Assembly (NCBI GenBank): GCA_047967505.1
Contig: CM106538.1
Strand: one strand, 5' to 3'
DNA: 64,000 bases
Source: Dipteris shenzhenensis
Taxonomy: Eukaryota
Shown here: positions 1 to 11,082 of the stretch, piece by piece
Layout: every line of letters starts with the position of its first letter
Position numbering within the stretch: the stretch's first letter is position 1
The notes under the pieces: model-generated
Told to the model about the DNA's origin: nothing
Databases searched by the model: none
The model's input: only the letters and a program-made list of their open reading frames with translations
Position numbers and translations under genes: made by a program

Positions 1-619
1 GCTATCTGCCGTTGGGGCAACCATCGCCTGGACCGCATGGCTGTACCATGTGACCACCTCATGTTGGACAGCCATTGTTTGGACCGGATGGCTTGCATGG
101 GGGGACACGTGCACCAAGTTCTTATAGCCACATCACACGTGCACCTAGTTCTTGCAGCCACATCAAAGGCGCTCCCCCTCACCTGCCCTCTTCACACGGG
201 TGCTAGGCTGTTGGGCTTCTCCATCCTTGTGCTGCTATTGGGCTTTGTCACACCACCTTGTCCGTTGATTTTTGTGTTGGCGAGGATTTTTTGGTGTTTG
301 TATGCTTGCTAAGTATAAATCGCTTGCTCTGATTTCTCAACCGATCGCTCCTCTTCATCAACCAATGTCTGGTGGCCCATGAACGTTCTTTGCCTTGCTC
401 GTCTACCTTGTTTGTTAAATTTATTCTCTAAGCTAATTCACTGTTGTGCGAGCAAACAATGGGGTTTGTACCTAGGGTGCTTGTGCTTTTTGGTTTTGGA
501 GCACTGCTAAACTATCTCAAAGAAGCTTTTTTTCCCTTTCGGGCCTTGCATGTTGGTAGTTTCCCTTTTCCCTGGCAAATAGATAATTATTCTCATTGTG
601 CATATATGTGTTGGCTCAG

Positions 620-2085
620 ATTCAGCCTCGATTCATGCAGTGATTGTCCCCGAAGACGTCCGTGCTCTTGCCAACAAAGGCTATGTTTCGGTTTTCGGAG
701 GTTGCCTGCTAAAAACTACAGCATCTGGCCCACCGTGTTTGATTGATGTCCCTCTTGTGTTAACATTAAGCAAAGGTGTTCCCAAAGACGGAAGTCTTCT
801 TAAAAATTCAAAGATAAATAAGAACACCCCGAAAAGTTTGGAAACTATTTTTCACGCTGCAGCAGAACAAGCGTATGCAGAAGGTGAATACTTATTATCG
901 TAGCTCTTTGGTATTTGGTTAATTATTATTTCACCATGCTTATAGTCAGTTTGTGCTTCTGTTTAGCCCAAAAAGAGATTAGGAAAGGTTGTGTTTTGAA
1001 GATGCATTGCAAGATTGAAACGGACATTGGGCCACCTTGGCTTGAAAGTTGAAATTTACAGCCACAACTCATCACAGGCTTTCTATCTTTTATAATACAT
1101 GTTTTTGTTACCACCTTTGAAACTAATAAGGATTTTCTTTTCGGTTTTCATTTGCAAAGTTATAAAGGGATGATCTTGCAAACCTATGGAACCATAGTTG
1201 AGCAATCTTATGCTAAGTGTGCAACTTACTTAAGAAACATACACTAGCGAGGGTAAACATAATCGTTGGTTGTTCCTCCGTCTTTGTAGATCCCCTTTTT
1301 TAAACTGAACTACCACACAATGTCAAGAATAAAAAAGAAAACTTGAAAATTTAGGCTTTTGAACAAGCTTTGCTCACATCAATTTCTACTTACTTTTTTC
1401 CAGCTAGTTCAACCTTGCCGCCTGGGATCGACCAAATCAAAGGCAAAGGCCCCCTTAACATAGAAAACATTGCAACTTTTCAAGCACAAAATATCAAAGC
1501 GGTAGTCCTCACAGATCCAAGCATGTTGCACTCAAATAGTCTCCTAAGCCGTCGATGTGGTAGTGGTAAGTTCGAACAATATTTTTTATTTTGATGTTCG
1601 TTTGGTATAATTTGTTTTCTCGGTCTTCTAATGTTTGTTAAATTATTGCAGGACGCGTTTGAGCTTGATCACTTCTCATCTCAACGGGGTAATGTTCAGA
1701 GCGCATTTGGGCGAGATCATTCTCTGGCCCATTACCTTGTCAAAGTCACAAAGCACCTCATGGTCTTTCACATCAAATTTTCTCCTCGAGGTCCTTCGGA
1801 GCTGCTGAAGTGCAAGGCATTGTCGCGCGCTATCAAATAATCCAACATTACTCGGAATGCTGACAAAGTGATTTTGGTACACTGCCTAGCTCTGTTGATG
1901 CTATCAATGCTTTTGGATTGAACATTCATGACAGGGCATTGACGGTAACATCTATGTCTTTGGCAGCAGGAGAGGAGGATGTTAGTGCTATTGCGGCTAG
2001 GTTTATATCTAGGAGTCCACTAGGGGATTCAAAGATCCCTATTCTCAATGTACTCAAACTAGCCAAGAAGAAAGATGGCGTGTGA
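620..2085 (+). pseudogene. Spliced, decayed gene resembling a divergent RPA70-like OB-fold ssDNA-binding protein (probable Helitron cargo)
   Basis: AG/GT-bounded exons 620-883 and 1404-1565 (both phase 1, lengths multiples of 3) and an acceptor at 1651. The third exon reads through TGA/TAA stops as ...AEVQGIVARYQIIQHYSEC*...FGLNIHDRALTVTSMSLAAGEE, reminiscent of RPA70 DBD-C (LQIQDHTG.TWVTAF.EAGEE). Further exon-like ORFs lie at 2140-2868. Confidence 0.4.
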
Positions 2086-3410
2086 GGCCTTTTGTAAATA
2101 TAAACATATATTTCAATGGATACATGACTTTAATGACTGTTGTCCATAGAAGCTTTGTCTGAGTATGTGGCATACAGTTTTGCCTTTGAGGGGAAAGTTT
2201 TAGCCAAGTATGGCACATTCAAAGCGAAGGATGTATCCTACCCAATCTTCATGCGACCGGACTTAATAGACTCGCAATCCAGTGAAACTCTCACACTCCA
2301 TGTTCCACACGCATTTGTTTTGCAACTAAAGGATGTTCTCCAAGTCGTCAGTTTCTTCTTTGTTTCATTAATGGATACTGTGGCATTTGTGGTTGTTAAT
2401 GTGGGCCTCGATGGCCCACTATAAGATCAAATCATTGTTGCTAATGGGTTGAACGCCGAAGATCTAGCCACGGTAAGCACAAGCATGAGCACGTTAAAAC
2501 TGTGGGATGCTTTGGCGATAAGCTTTGCCTCATTCTAACTCTGGTTGGGGCAGTTGACATTTGTGGTGGAGAGAAGACACATGGTGCAAGAGTTTAAAGA
2601 TGATGGTGTTGTCATGTACGTTGCAAAAAACATATCCTATATGCGCGTCAAGCATACGTTGAGAGTCTTTGACTTCACCATATTGGCACCTGTTCCAGAG
2701 GGCTACCTTCGAACATCATTGGAGGAGGCTTTTGCCCAGCTAAGCATCTCAATTAGGCTACGGGAAGAAGGTACCAAAGCTGAGCATAGCTTATTCCATC
2801 CACACAGACATTGTCGTTTACGAAATCTTTTTCTTCTTTGTAGGTCAATGGTGTCCTGCACTTTGTGAGCCTAAATAGCCCGCTTGTCGAGTTCTAGTGT
2901 GGCAGTTGTAGTGGTGCAAAAGCTAGCAAAGACCTGCAATATTCTTTTTGCTATAGCTGTGACAATGTGTAGCCTATCTTGCATGTGCCATGTTTGAAAG
3001 GTTGTGTTGTTAATCGCCGACGAACTTCAAGTGGCTATACAAATCCACGGTAGCCATGTTGATGACGTGTTATCCATTCATTGAGTTTCACAATTGAAGC
3101 ATTGTTGCTACTAGGAACTTGCTGTTTGAGAAGAAACTGTCAAGAGAGTTCACTGTAAACAATGCCAAATATGTGACAGCATTCATAGCCAGCACTTGAC
3201 ACTACCAGTGCAATGTGCGTTCTTGCCTATGAATGTTTGTTTTTTAATGTTTTGTATATATTTATCCCTCTTTTGAGTACCACTTCTACGAAGTGCATGC
3301 CCTTTGCAAAACAACACCCCACCTTGTAAGTAAATCCGATAATAAGCAAAGCCGTCCACTCTACTTCATTCTGCTTATCCATTTCACATTGCAAAGATTG
3401 TTCCAATGGC

Positions 3411-4025
3411 TTGCAATTTTGTTTTTTCCCATGTTTTGGGTTTTCCTTCCGTGTGAATTTTTGGGTCAGACCACTGCGCATGCCTTCCTTGCTTGCAAAA
3501 CTTTGCGATCTCGCAAGCACGACCAGCCTAGCTTCTCAAGCTGTGCAAAAAAAATGGACACCCTCCCAAACCGTTTCTCAAACGACCTGCAACCCGACCC
3601 TACCCTTCGAGGTCGCATGGCCTTTCAACACTAACATCCTCAGATGCTTGGTTCTTTATCCAACACTCAATTTTCTAGTGTTGCTAGACACGATAGAACA
3701 ACACGTTGCGTGTGGTATGGACAACTTCCAAGAAAATCTTGATGGCCTCCAAGCCCTGGCAAAAAGAAACGAAGAGGTTGCAGGAGGTAGAGAGTCCATC
3801 GCCGCACTATTCAAAAACTCATCATGCGCGTGCCCTATGGCCATCAACTGTTTGAAAATTTTCCATGAGAAGTTTGGTGATTGTTTCAAGCTACTTGTAC
3901 TTACCAGCTCTGGAACCTATGATACTATCAACGTTGGAAACACAGGTTGTGGGAAAACCCATTTATTGTTGTTGGACGAGACAAGTAGCCCCAGCAAAAT
4001 TGTTCCGTTGCTTGGTCAAGAGTAA
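3411..4025 (+). CDS. Unassigned 204-aa ORF directly upstream of the Helitron-like Rep region; possibly a degenerate OTU-like domain of the same element
   Basis: Open frame on the same strand as the Rep fragment. The C-terminus (CLKIFHEKF..FKLLVL....YDTINVG.....HLLLL......IVPL) loosely resembles an OTU tail, but no GDGNC catalytic motif is visible. Confidence 0.25.
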   Translation: MQFCFFPCFGFSFRVNFWVRPLRMPSLLAKLCDLASTTSLASQAVQKKWTPSQTVSQTTCNPTLPFEVAWPFNTNILRCLVLYPTLNFLVLLDTIEQHVACGMDNFQENLDGLQALAKRNEEVAGGRESIAALFKNSSCACPMAINCLKIFHEKFGDCFKLLVLTSSGTYDTINVGNTGCGKTHLLLLDETSSPSKIVPLLGQE

Positions 4026-4149
4026 AAAAGAGCGTACAAAACGTGGACAGCGGAAGATGAGCAAAGACTACTTGTGCTAATGTTTGCAAACCCCAACAAG
4101 CCTGCAAGACAGATTGCATCGTTGTTCCAAAACAAGCTACCCCCCGAGA

Positions 4150-5353
4150 AGCACAACACAAAGAGTATCCATAGAAAAATTTATAGGATTCACTCAAGGC
4201 TTGCCGAAGGTGCCCGTGCAATGAACCCATGAAACCATTTGCAACAAACAAGGCGCAAAAGCATTTTCTATAGAAAATTAAAGACACACCTTCCTTTGAG
4301 TTTGCTTGTTGCGGATGCTTAACCTTCAAGTCCAAAACAAAGCTTGCTAAGGACAAACACGAGACATTCATGAAAGAACATGAACTATGCTTGGAACACA
4401 TGTCCATCAAAGACCAGCACATATGTACCCTATGCTATGATCATATCAACAAAGGACTTCATCCCAAATTTTCATGCCACGGCATGCCATTATCCAGAGA
4501 GACAAAATATACTGCTTCCTTAAATAAGCAACAGGTCTCAGGCAGAATACCATTTGCACAAATTTGGGAATCGACATATGAAGGCCAGCTTGGGTTGCAT
4601 GGCAGCATTGTAAATGTGTTCGTGAATACTAACAGAGCACAAACTCTGTTGCCACGGTTCATAGATGACAGCGCTACAGTGGTGGTTGTGACAAAGCGAT
4701 GCTTGCAATATAGCCACTACTACGTTAGTGGGTTGGTGCGCCCCACAGCAACAATGCATGCACTACAAGAACTATTAAGCACTCCTTTGTACAAGGAAAA
4801 CAACGTCAGGGTCAACACACTATGGAATCAGCATATTGTGAACCTTCAAAACAATGAAATCTTGAACAATCGATCATTCGAAGAAACATGTGGCAATGTT
4901 GAAGAGGAGGAAAGATGCACAGACACTTTGGTGCATGGGATTTACACAAGCCAGCAAGTTGTCGACTTCGAAGACAAGCCAATTGTAGAGGCTCCATCAG
5001 AAGGATTTAGGCCCCTCAGCCTCTTCTACGATGAGTATTGCGAAGAGCTAGGCTTCCCTACTCTATTTTACGGCCAAAAAAGACCATACAACAAAATGTT
5101 GGAACGAGCTTACCAAGACATTGTAAAGTGGGAAATAAGACACAAAGATCGATGGTTTGCTTTTAACAGAGAAAACCTATTCTTCAAGTGCATCAAAGTG
5201 CTGATCCGGCAGGTTCTTTCGTCAAGTTGGGTGCGAATGAGGAAAGCAAAACTGCAAGGAACAAATTTGGATGCACAATTTGCAGTCGAGGACACTAATA
5301 TCAAAAGTCGGATGCAATCAAGGATAGGAGACAGGGACTTTGTTTGCTTATGA
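4150..5353 (+). mobile_element. Helitron2/Helentron-type Rep-helicase N-terminal fragment, 3'-truncated
   Basis: The ORF 4370-5353 and upstream frame give FACCGCLTFK, ICTLC...PKFS, RIPFAQI..GQLGLHGSIVNV, LLPR..D...V..KR.LQY.H.Y....VRP, APSEG.RPLSLF.D..CEELGFPTLFYG and YQDIVKWEIRHKD..F....NLFFK. This is the motif series preceding the HUH Rep core in Helentron-like proteins. No HUH core or Pif1 helicase follows. Confidence 0.75.
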
Positions 5354-5391
5354 ACATCAGCGGGGGCACAAATACGTAAAAAAAAAAAAAT

Positions 5392-5421
5392 GTATATATA
5401 TCTATACCTTCAGAAACCCTA
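5392..5421 (+). promoter_or_regulatory. Putative core promoter of the PPR gene: TATA-like run and telo-box AAACCCTA
   Basis: gTATATATAtc at about 5392-5402 and AAACCCTA at 5414-5421, 36-65 bp upstream of the ATG at 5457. Confidence 0.35.
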
Positions 5422-5456
5422 CAAAAAATGTGCCGAGGGGGGAAGTGAGAGCGAAG

Positions 5457-7217
5457 ATGGCAAAGACTCGGCATCCCGAAGTTCACCGCTTGGCCTCCAT
5501 CCTCGCCAGCCACCAGCGATGGACTCCCACCTTGGCGTCCGCCCTCACCCCTCTCGCCCCCCTCCTCACCCCCTCTTTGCTCTCCTCCCTCCTCACCACC
5601 TCCCACATCGCTCGCCCCCTCGCCTCCTGCCTCTCCCATTGGGCCTCCCTCCAAACCCACTTCTCTCATTCCGCCGCAAATGAGCCCCACGCTGTCTGGC
5701 TTCTCCTCCATTCCTTGAAAAAGGCCCGAGTCCACCCTCCTCCCCGATTCTTCGCCTCCCTGGTCGCGATCTTCGGAAGGGTTGGCATGGTCGGAGACGC
5801 GGAGAAGGTATTCTTGTCCATGAAGGATTTCCACTGCCAGCCCGATGTGTTTGTTTACAACGCACTCTTGAATGCCCTCCTCCATATCAAGGTGAAGAGA
5901 ATCAGCGAAGCTATGGCATTGTTGGAGCAAATGGCCTCCACGGGCTGCCAGCCACACACCATAAATTATAATACAGTCATATCTGGCCTGCACAAGGCAG
6001 GCCGAGGCCACATGGCTCTCTTTACATTCTCTCGAATGATGGAGCAGGGCTGCAGTCCCGACACTGGGACTTTCAATATCTTCATCGATTGGTTTGGGAA
6101 GGAGGGAAAGATAGATGAAGCTCTCGAATTGTTCGAGATAATGACAGCTATGGGGTGCCTTCCAAACACTAGTACTTATAACACAATCATATACGTTTTG
6201 CTGAGGGCAGGCCGAGGTGACGTAGCCCTCTCCACGTTCACACGAATGATGGAGGAGCGCTGCAGTCCGGACACTCGCACTTGCAATACTCTCCTCGCTT
6301 GGCTAGGCAACGAGCGAAAGACAAATGAAGCTCTCCAACTGTTCGAGACAATGACCGCTATGGGATGTCAGCCGAACACAGTGACTTATAACACAGTAAT
6401 ATCTGGCCTGCTCAAGGCAGGCCGGGGCCACATGGCTCTCTCCTTATTCTCTCGAATGATGAAGAAGAGGTACAGTCCTGATACTTGGACTTTCAATACT
6501 CTGATAGCTTGGTTTGGCAAGAATGGAAAGACCCATGAAGCTCTCGAACTACTAGAGAAGATGACCTCAATGGGGTGCCTGCCAGACACAGTGACTTTTA
6601 ATACAGTCATCTCTGGTCTGCTCAAGGCAGGCCAAGGCAACATGGCCCTCTCCTTGTTCACTCGAATGATGGAGAAGGGGTACAGTCCGAATACTGTGAC
6701 TTTCAATACTCTCATCGCTTGGCTGGGCAAGAAAGGAGAGACCTATCAAGCTCTCGAACTGCTCCAGAAGATGACCGCAATAGGGTGTGTGCCAGACACA
6801 GTGACTTTTAACACGGTCATTGCTGGCCTGCTCAAGGCGGGCCGAGGCAACATGGCCCTCTCCTTGTTCGCTCAAATGATGGAGAAGGGGTGCAGTCCAG
6901 ATACAGTGACTTTCAATATCCTCATCGCTTGGCTGGGCAAGGAAGGAAAGACCCATGAAGCTCTTGAACTGCTCCAGAAGATGACCTCAATGGGGTGCTT
7001 GCCAGACACTGTGACTTATAATAGTTTCATATCTGGCCTGCTGAAGGCAGGCCAAGGCAGGAAGGCTCTCTCCACGTTCACTCGAATGATGGAGGAGGGT
7101 TGCAGTCCAGACTCTGTGACTTTGAATAGTTGGCTTGGCAATAACGGAAAGACAGATGAAGTGGGGTGCCTGCCAGATGCTCTCATTGATTGGCTTGGCA
7201 AAAGGAAAGAAAAATGA
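5457..7217 (+). CDS. P-class pentatricopeptide repeat (PPR) protein, about 13 motifs, intronless
   Basis: Open frame with ATG at 5457. It has an Ala/Ser/Leu/Arg-rich N-terminus, then consecutive 35-aa motifs (TVTFNTVISGLLKAG..MALSLF.RMMEKGCSPD / TVTFNTLIAWLGK.GKT.EALELL.KMT.MGCLPD). No E or DYW domain. Confidence 0.93.
   Translation: MAKTRHPEVHRLASILASHQRWTPTLASALTPLAPLLTPSLLSSLLTTSHIARPLASCLSHWASLQTHFSHSAANEPHAVWLLLHSLKKARVHPPPRFFASLVAIFGRVGMVGDAEKVFLSMKDFHCQPDVFVYNALLNALLHIKVKRISEAMALLEQMASTGCQPHTINYNTVISGLHKAGRGHMALFTFSRMMEQGCSPDTGTFNIFIDWFGKEGKIDEALELFEIMTAMGCLPNTSTYNTIIYVLLRAGRGDVALSTFTRMMEERCSPDTRTCNTLLAWLGNERKTNEALQLFETMTAMGCQPNTVTYNTVISGLLKAGRGHMALSLFSRMMKKRYSPDTWTFNTLIAWFGKNGKTHEALELLEKMTSMGCLPDTVTFNTVISGLLKAGQGNMALSLFTRMMEKGYSPNTVTFNTLIAWLGKKGETYQALELLQKMTAIGCVPDTVTFNTVIAGLLKAGRGNMALSLFAQMMEKGCSPDTVTFNILIAWLGKEGKTHEALELLQKMTSMGCLPDTVTYNSFISGLLKAGQGRKALSTFTRMMEEGCSPDSVTLNSWLGNNGKTDEVGCLPDALIDWLGKRKEK
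5960..7130 (+). repeat. Tandem 210-nt (two-PPR-motif) units, about 6 copies
   Basis: The anchor ..aggc(a/g)ggcc.agg..acatggc recurs at 5991, 6201, 6411, 6621, 6831 and 7041, an exact 210-nt spacing. Confidence 0.92.
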
Positions 7218-8350
7218 AGATTTCACACTGCTGGAGAAAAAGGACCGCAATGGGGTGCCTGCCAGGGTCCGTGTCATATACTAGTGTCATCCTCCAGCCT
7301 GCTGGAGACAAGATGAGGCGATGTGGCCCTCTCCATGTTCACTCGAATTATGGAGGAGAGGTCCAGTCCAGATATTGTGACTTTCAGTATTCATCGGTTG
7401 GCTTGGTGAAAAGGGAATGACAGATGAAGAACTTGCACTGCTATAGGGTGCCTGCCAGGCACAACATGTCATATACGGTACTACCCTCATCAATTGGCTT
7501 GGCAAGGAGGGCAAAACAGATGAAGCTCTGGAACTGCCTGAGAAAAATGGGGTGCCTATCAAACACTGTGACTTATACCTGTGTTGTATTCTGCCTGCCT
7601 TCAGCAGGCCAAGGTGACATGGCCCTCTCCACGTTCACTTGAATGGAAAAGAAGGGGTGCAATCCAGATACTGTGACTTTCAATACTCATCATTTGGTTT
7701 GGTAAGGACGGCAAGCCAGATGAAGCTTTGGAATGGCTGGAAAAAATGACCACTATGTGTGCCAGCTGCAACACAGTTGCTCTATAGCAGGAGGACTTAT
7801 GGCGTGGCTCGCAATTTGTCCATCGTTTACTATGGGGTGCTAGTCAGATGCTGTGAATTATACATATAGCATGATATCTAGCCTGCCGAAGGTGCACGAT
7901 GGCTTTTGTCCACTGACTTGAATAATGCATGCAGGATGCAGTCCAATTACTTTCAACTTCACTCTACAATACAGTGATTGGGTTGTTAAACATGGCATGA
8001 TAGAGGGAGTCCTGGAATGACAGCCATAGGGTGCCTGCTGCATACACGACTTGAAAACCATAATACCTATTTCAGTCAAAGCAGGTCAATGTAACATGGC
8101 ACACTCCTTTCTCAATAATAGTGGAGGAAGAATACATGACTTCAAATATGCTACAACGCACAACTGCTAGAGAAAATGACAGCAAGGAAGTGTAAGCCAG
8201 TCTGTGACCTAATAACAAGATCAGTGATGTTACCCTTTCCATGTTAGATTGAGTAGTGCAGTGATTTGGAACTCACCAGCATGCAGACATGGTGACTATG
8301 GTGGCTTATCTGGGTTGGTGGAGGGAGGAAACAACATGGCTCTTTCCAGC
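7218..8350 (+). pseudogene. Decayed continuation of the PPR tandem array beyond the stop codon
   Basis: Recognisable copies of the same unit (atggggtgcct.cca.acac.gtgact; caggccaaggtgacatggccctctccacgttcact at about 7604) carry indels and stops and fade toward about 8350. Confidence 0.8.
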
Positions 8351-9524
8351 TGCCTGAGTGCACACATTGGTTGATGTGTCCTTTTCAATTCAAAGCCCGA
8401 ATTAAATTATCTTGTTACACTTTTGATGGGCACAGATTTCATTGTGGCAGAATGAATGTTCGTTAGGCGACATTTTCCAAGCGAGTTTACATCTGAGTGA
8501 TAAACACTGCTACATGGTCTGTAAAATAATCCAAGGACTTGTAAGCTGCCCTCATTTGCAGAGTGATTCTGGATGTGAACAAATATACTTGTAACTCTTT
8601 CAAGCATGAAGTTTTGATTACATGGGTGCCATTATTGCTGCTGTTTTTCTGCAAAAAATAATAATTGCTGCTGTCGTGTGTAACAGATTGGGAAGAAGAA
8701 AGGGGCTCTTGTCTAGAGGCATGGAATGTTGGAAATATTATAACATCTAAGGCAGTGGCCAATGTAGTAATTACTTAGGAGGGTTAGGGCACTAAGGTTT
8801 TCCCCCTAACCACAGTTAGTGATTGAGTTCAGGTTTGTGTGAGTTTTAAACCTAGTGTGGATTTTAGTGTTTCGTCATGTTGATGGTCCCTTGTACTCTC
8901 ATTCATGCATCTTTGTTTCAATAGGGCTCCACGTTTTTGCTTTCTCTACCATCTCCATCTCTCACATGCATTGCGGGTGTGCCTCCCCAGAAAGATAGGA
9001 TAAACCCGTTCAAATGGAAAGTTGCGGCCTGTTGGTATTGCGATAATTCTTTCGATCTTAAATGGTGCGTTGCCCTATCAACTAGATTTAGATTTAGATG
9101 CTTTTTTGGGAGAGACTAAAATGAAATCGTTTAGACTTCACAAGCAGTTGTAGCTTGAATGAAGAGATTTGGACTACTTTTTGATTAGCCTTCTCCTTTA
9201 GTGCTAGCCTTCGTCATGGCTGAGTTGGCCCTTCACCTCCGGAGTGCCCAAAGAAACTCAGTACGAAGACTTTGTATAAATGGATGCTCAAGTATGTGTG
9301 AGAGCATACTTTTATACTATGGTCTACACCCACTGTTGGGCGTTGATGACGTTAGTGGGGATGCCATAGTAGCTAGTCCTTGCTATGCGTGATGGAGTTT
9401 ATGGTTTTCAATCTTATGAGTGACTCTCGTGGGATTGAAACTGCACTATGTTGTGTTTTTAGAGGATGAGTTTGGGAATGTTCCTGGATTCATCTAGGTA
9501 TATGCTTCTGTCGTATTAGAGGAC

Positions 9525-9835
9525 ATGCTCCAGTCTGCCAAAGATTCACAAATTTGCTTTTTTGGAAGGAGTTTAACAAGACCTCTCTTCCATGTGTTTG
9601 GCATTTTCTGATTTGGCCATGCAGCATTCACCATATGTAGCAATGCATGCTTCAAAAGAGGCCAATATTCTAGAAAAAACTCGACTGTAAGACCATCCCA
9701 TCCTGGAGATTTGCATCTGCCACAGGATTTGATTGCATCTAATAGTTCCCTCTCAGTAAAAGGTTCCTCCAATTCCAAAGCTTGAGTAGTGGAAATAATA
9801 GGAGAAACATGCTGCAACAGTAAATTTCGTGCAAG
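9525..9835 (-). mobile_element. L1-type LINE ORF2 fragment (start of reverse transcriptase)
   Basis: LEEPFTERELLDAIKS...KSPGWDGLTVEFF..YWP.LK......N.......P..WK.GLVKLLPKK....L.DW, the canonical pre-RT motif of non-LTR elements. Confidence 0.85.
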
Positions 9836-11082
9836 CAAAACCTGCTATGAGGGAGGAACTGGGGAACCAAATTGTTGAGAGAAATGATGCACGCAAACAG
9901 AAGCAAGCTGTGATCGTGGGTGTGCAAGTTGAAGAAGATGATTCGAAGGCGGTATTGTTGTCCAGCCGTCCTCCTAATTATGATGAGATATACAAAATTT
10001 TCCGAGTGAATGTAGGCATGTTGCCGGACGAGATGATAGTGACTCTACTAGACGATGAGTGACATCGTAACTCCGACATCAGCGAAGAATGAGTGTGCGC
10101 AGCGACCAACAAGAGGGAGGGATGAAAGAAACCTGTGCCCTATGCTGCAATTGACCAGGGCACATAGAGGATTATTGTTTCAAGAAGCGAGATGCCATAG
10201 CGTCAAAAGAAAAGGTGAGCAAAGAATCTACACATGGTGGAAGAATTCGCAGGCTTGGTGATTGGCAGTCCAAGCTTAGTCGGGGACAGCTAGGCATTTT
10301 AGGTTAGCATCTTTTCTTGCAAATATGAATAAGGCAGCTCCTCGTGGTATTTCTGGAGACAGCTATATTTTGGTTCTAGTTTATCTCTCCATCTTTGGCC
10401 ATGAGCAACGAGTTTTTTCCTGGACTGTTCCTCTTCCATTTGTTTTGATGGACTCCTCTTTAGGTTCGGTTTACTCTACCTTTTGTTTGGGGAAGCTTTT
10501 TGTTTTTGTGACCCCCTGTTGGTGGATTCTGCCCCCAGCCTTGGTTTGAGGGAGGTGTCGGAGATACAAACCTTGTGGTGGCTTACCTCTTTGCATGGTG
10601 ATCTACGTGTGGTCGGCTGCCATATGGCATGCATGGCGGTGGCTATATTCGGGATGGCAGGTCCATGATAGACGAGATGCTCTCATGGCGGTTTCAGCTC
10701 ACTCTGCAGCTTTTATATATGATGGTTCGTCCCAACAAGGTTTTGAGGGTGATCTGCAAGTTGTAGTTCTTGCCGCCTTCTATGGAATGAATGTAGGTCC
10801 TCCAATAAGCCCCGTAGAGATGAGGAGGACCCAGAATGTCATTTGTCTCTGAGTATTTTCTTAAGTCTTCTTTTCTTTCATGTTCTCGGTTTAGTCTTAG
10901 ATGCTGGTATACTTGTGTATGTAGATAATTTTCAACTCTTCATTATGCACCTAGTACATTGCACAGGGGCTTAGCACCTGTGGCCAGATCTTGGCAAAGC
11001 TATTCAATGAGGCGGTTTGCACCATCTTTCCTCAAGCTTTGGAACTGTGATTGCTATGGGGTTGACAGTAAGACACAGTGAC

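Noticed and set aside
5340-5456. N-terminal extension of the PPR ORF given by the ORF track
   Set aside because: It starts at a non-ATG codon and runs through an A-run and TATA-like sequence; the ATG at 5457 is the likelier start.
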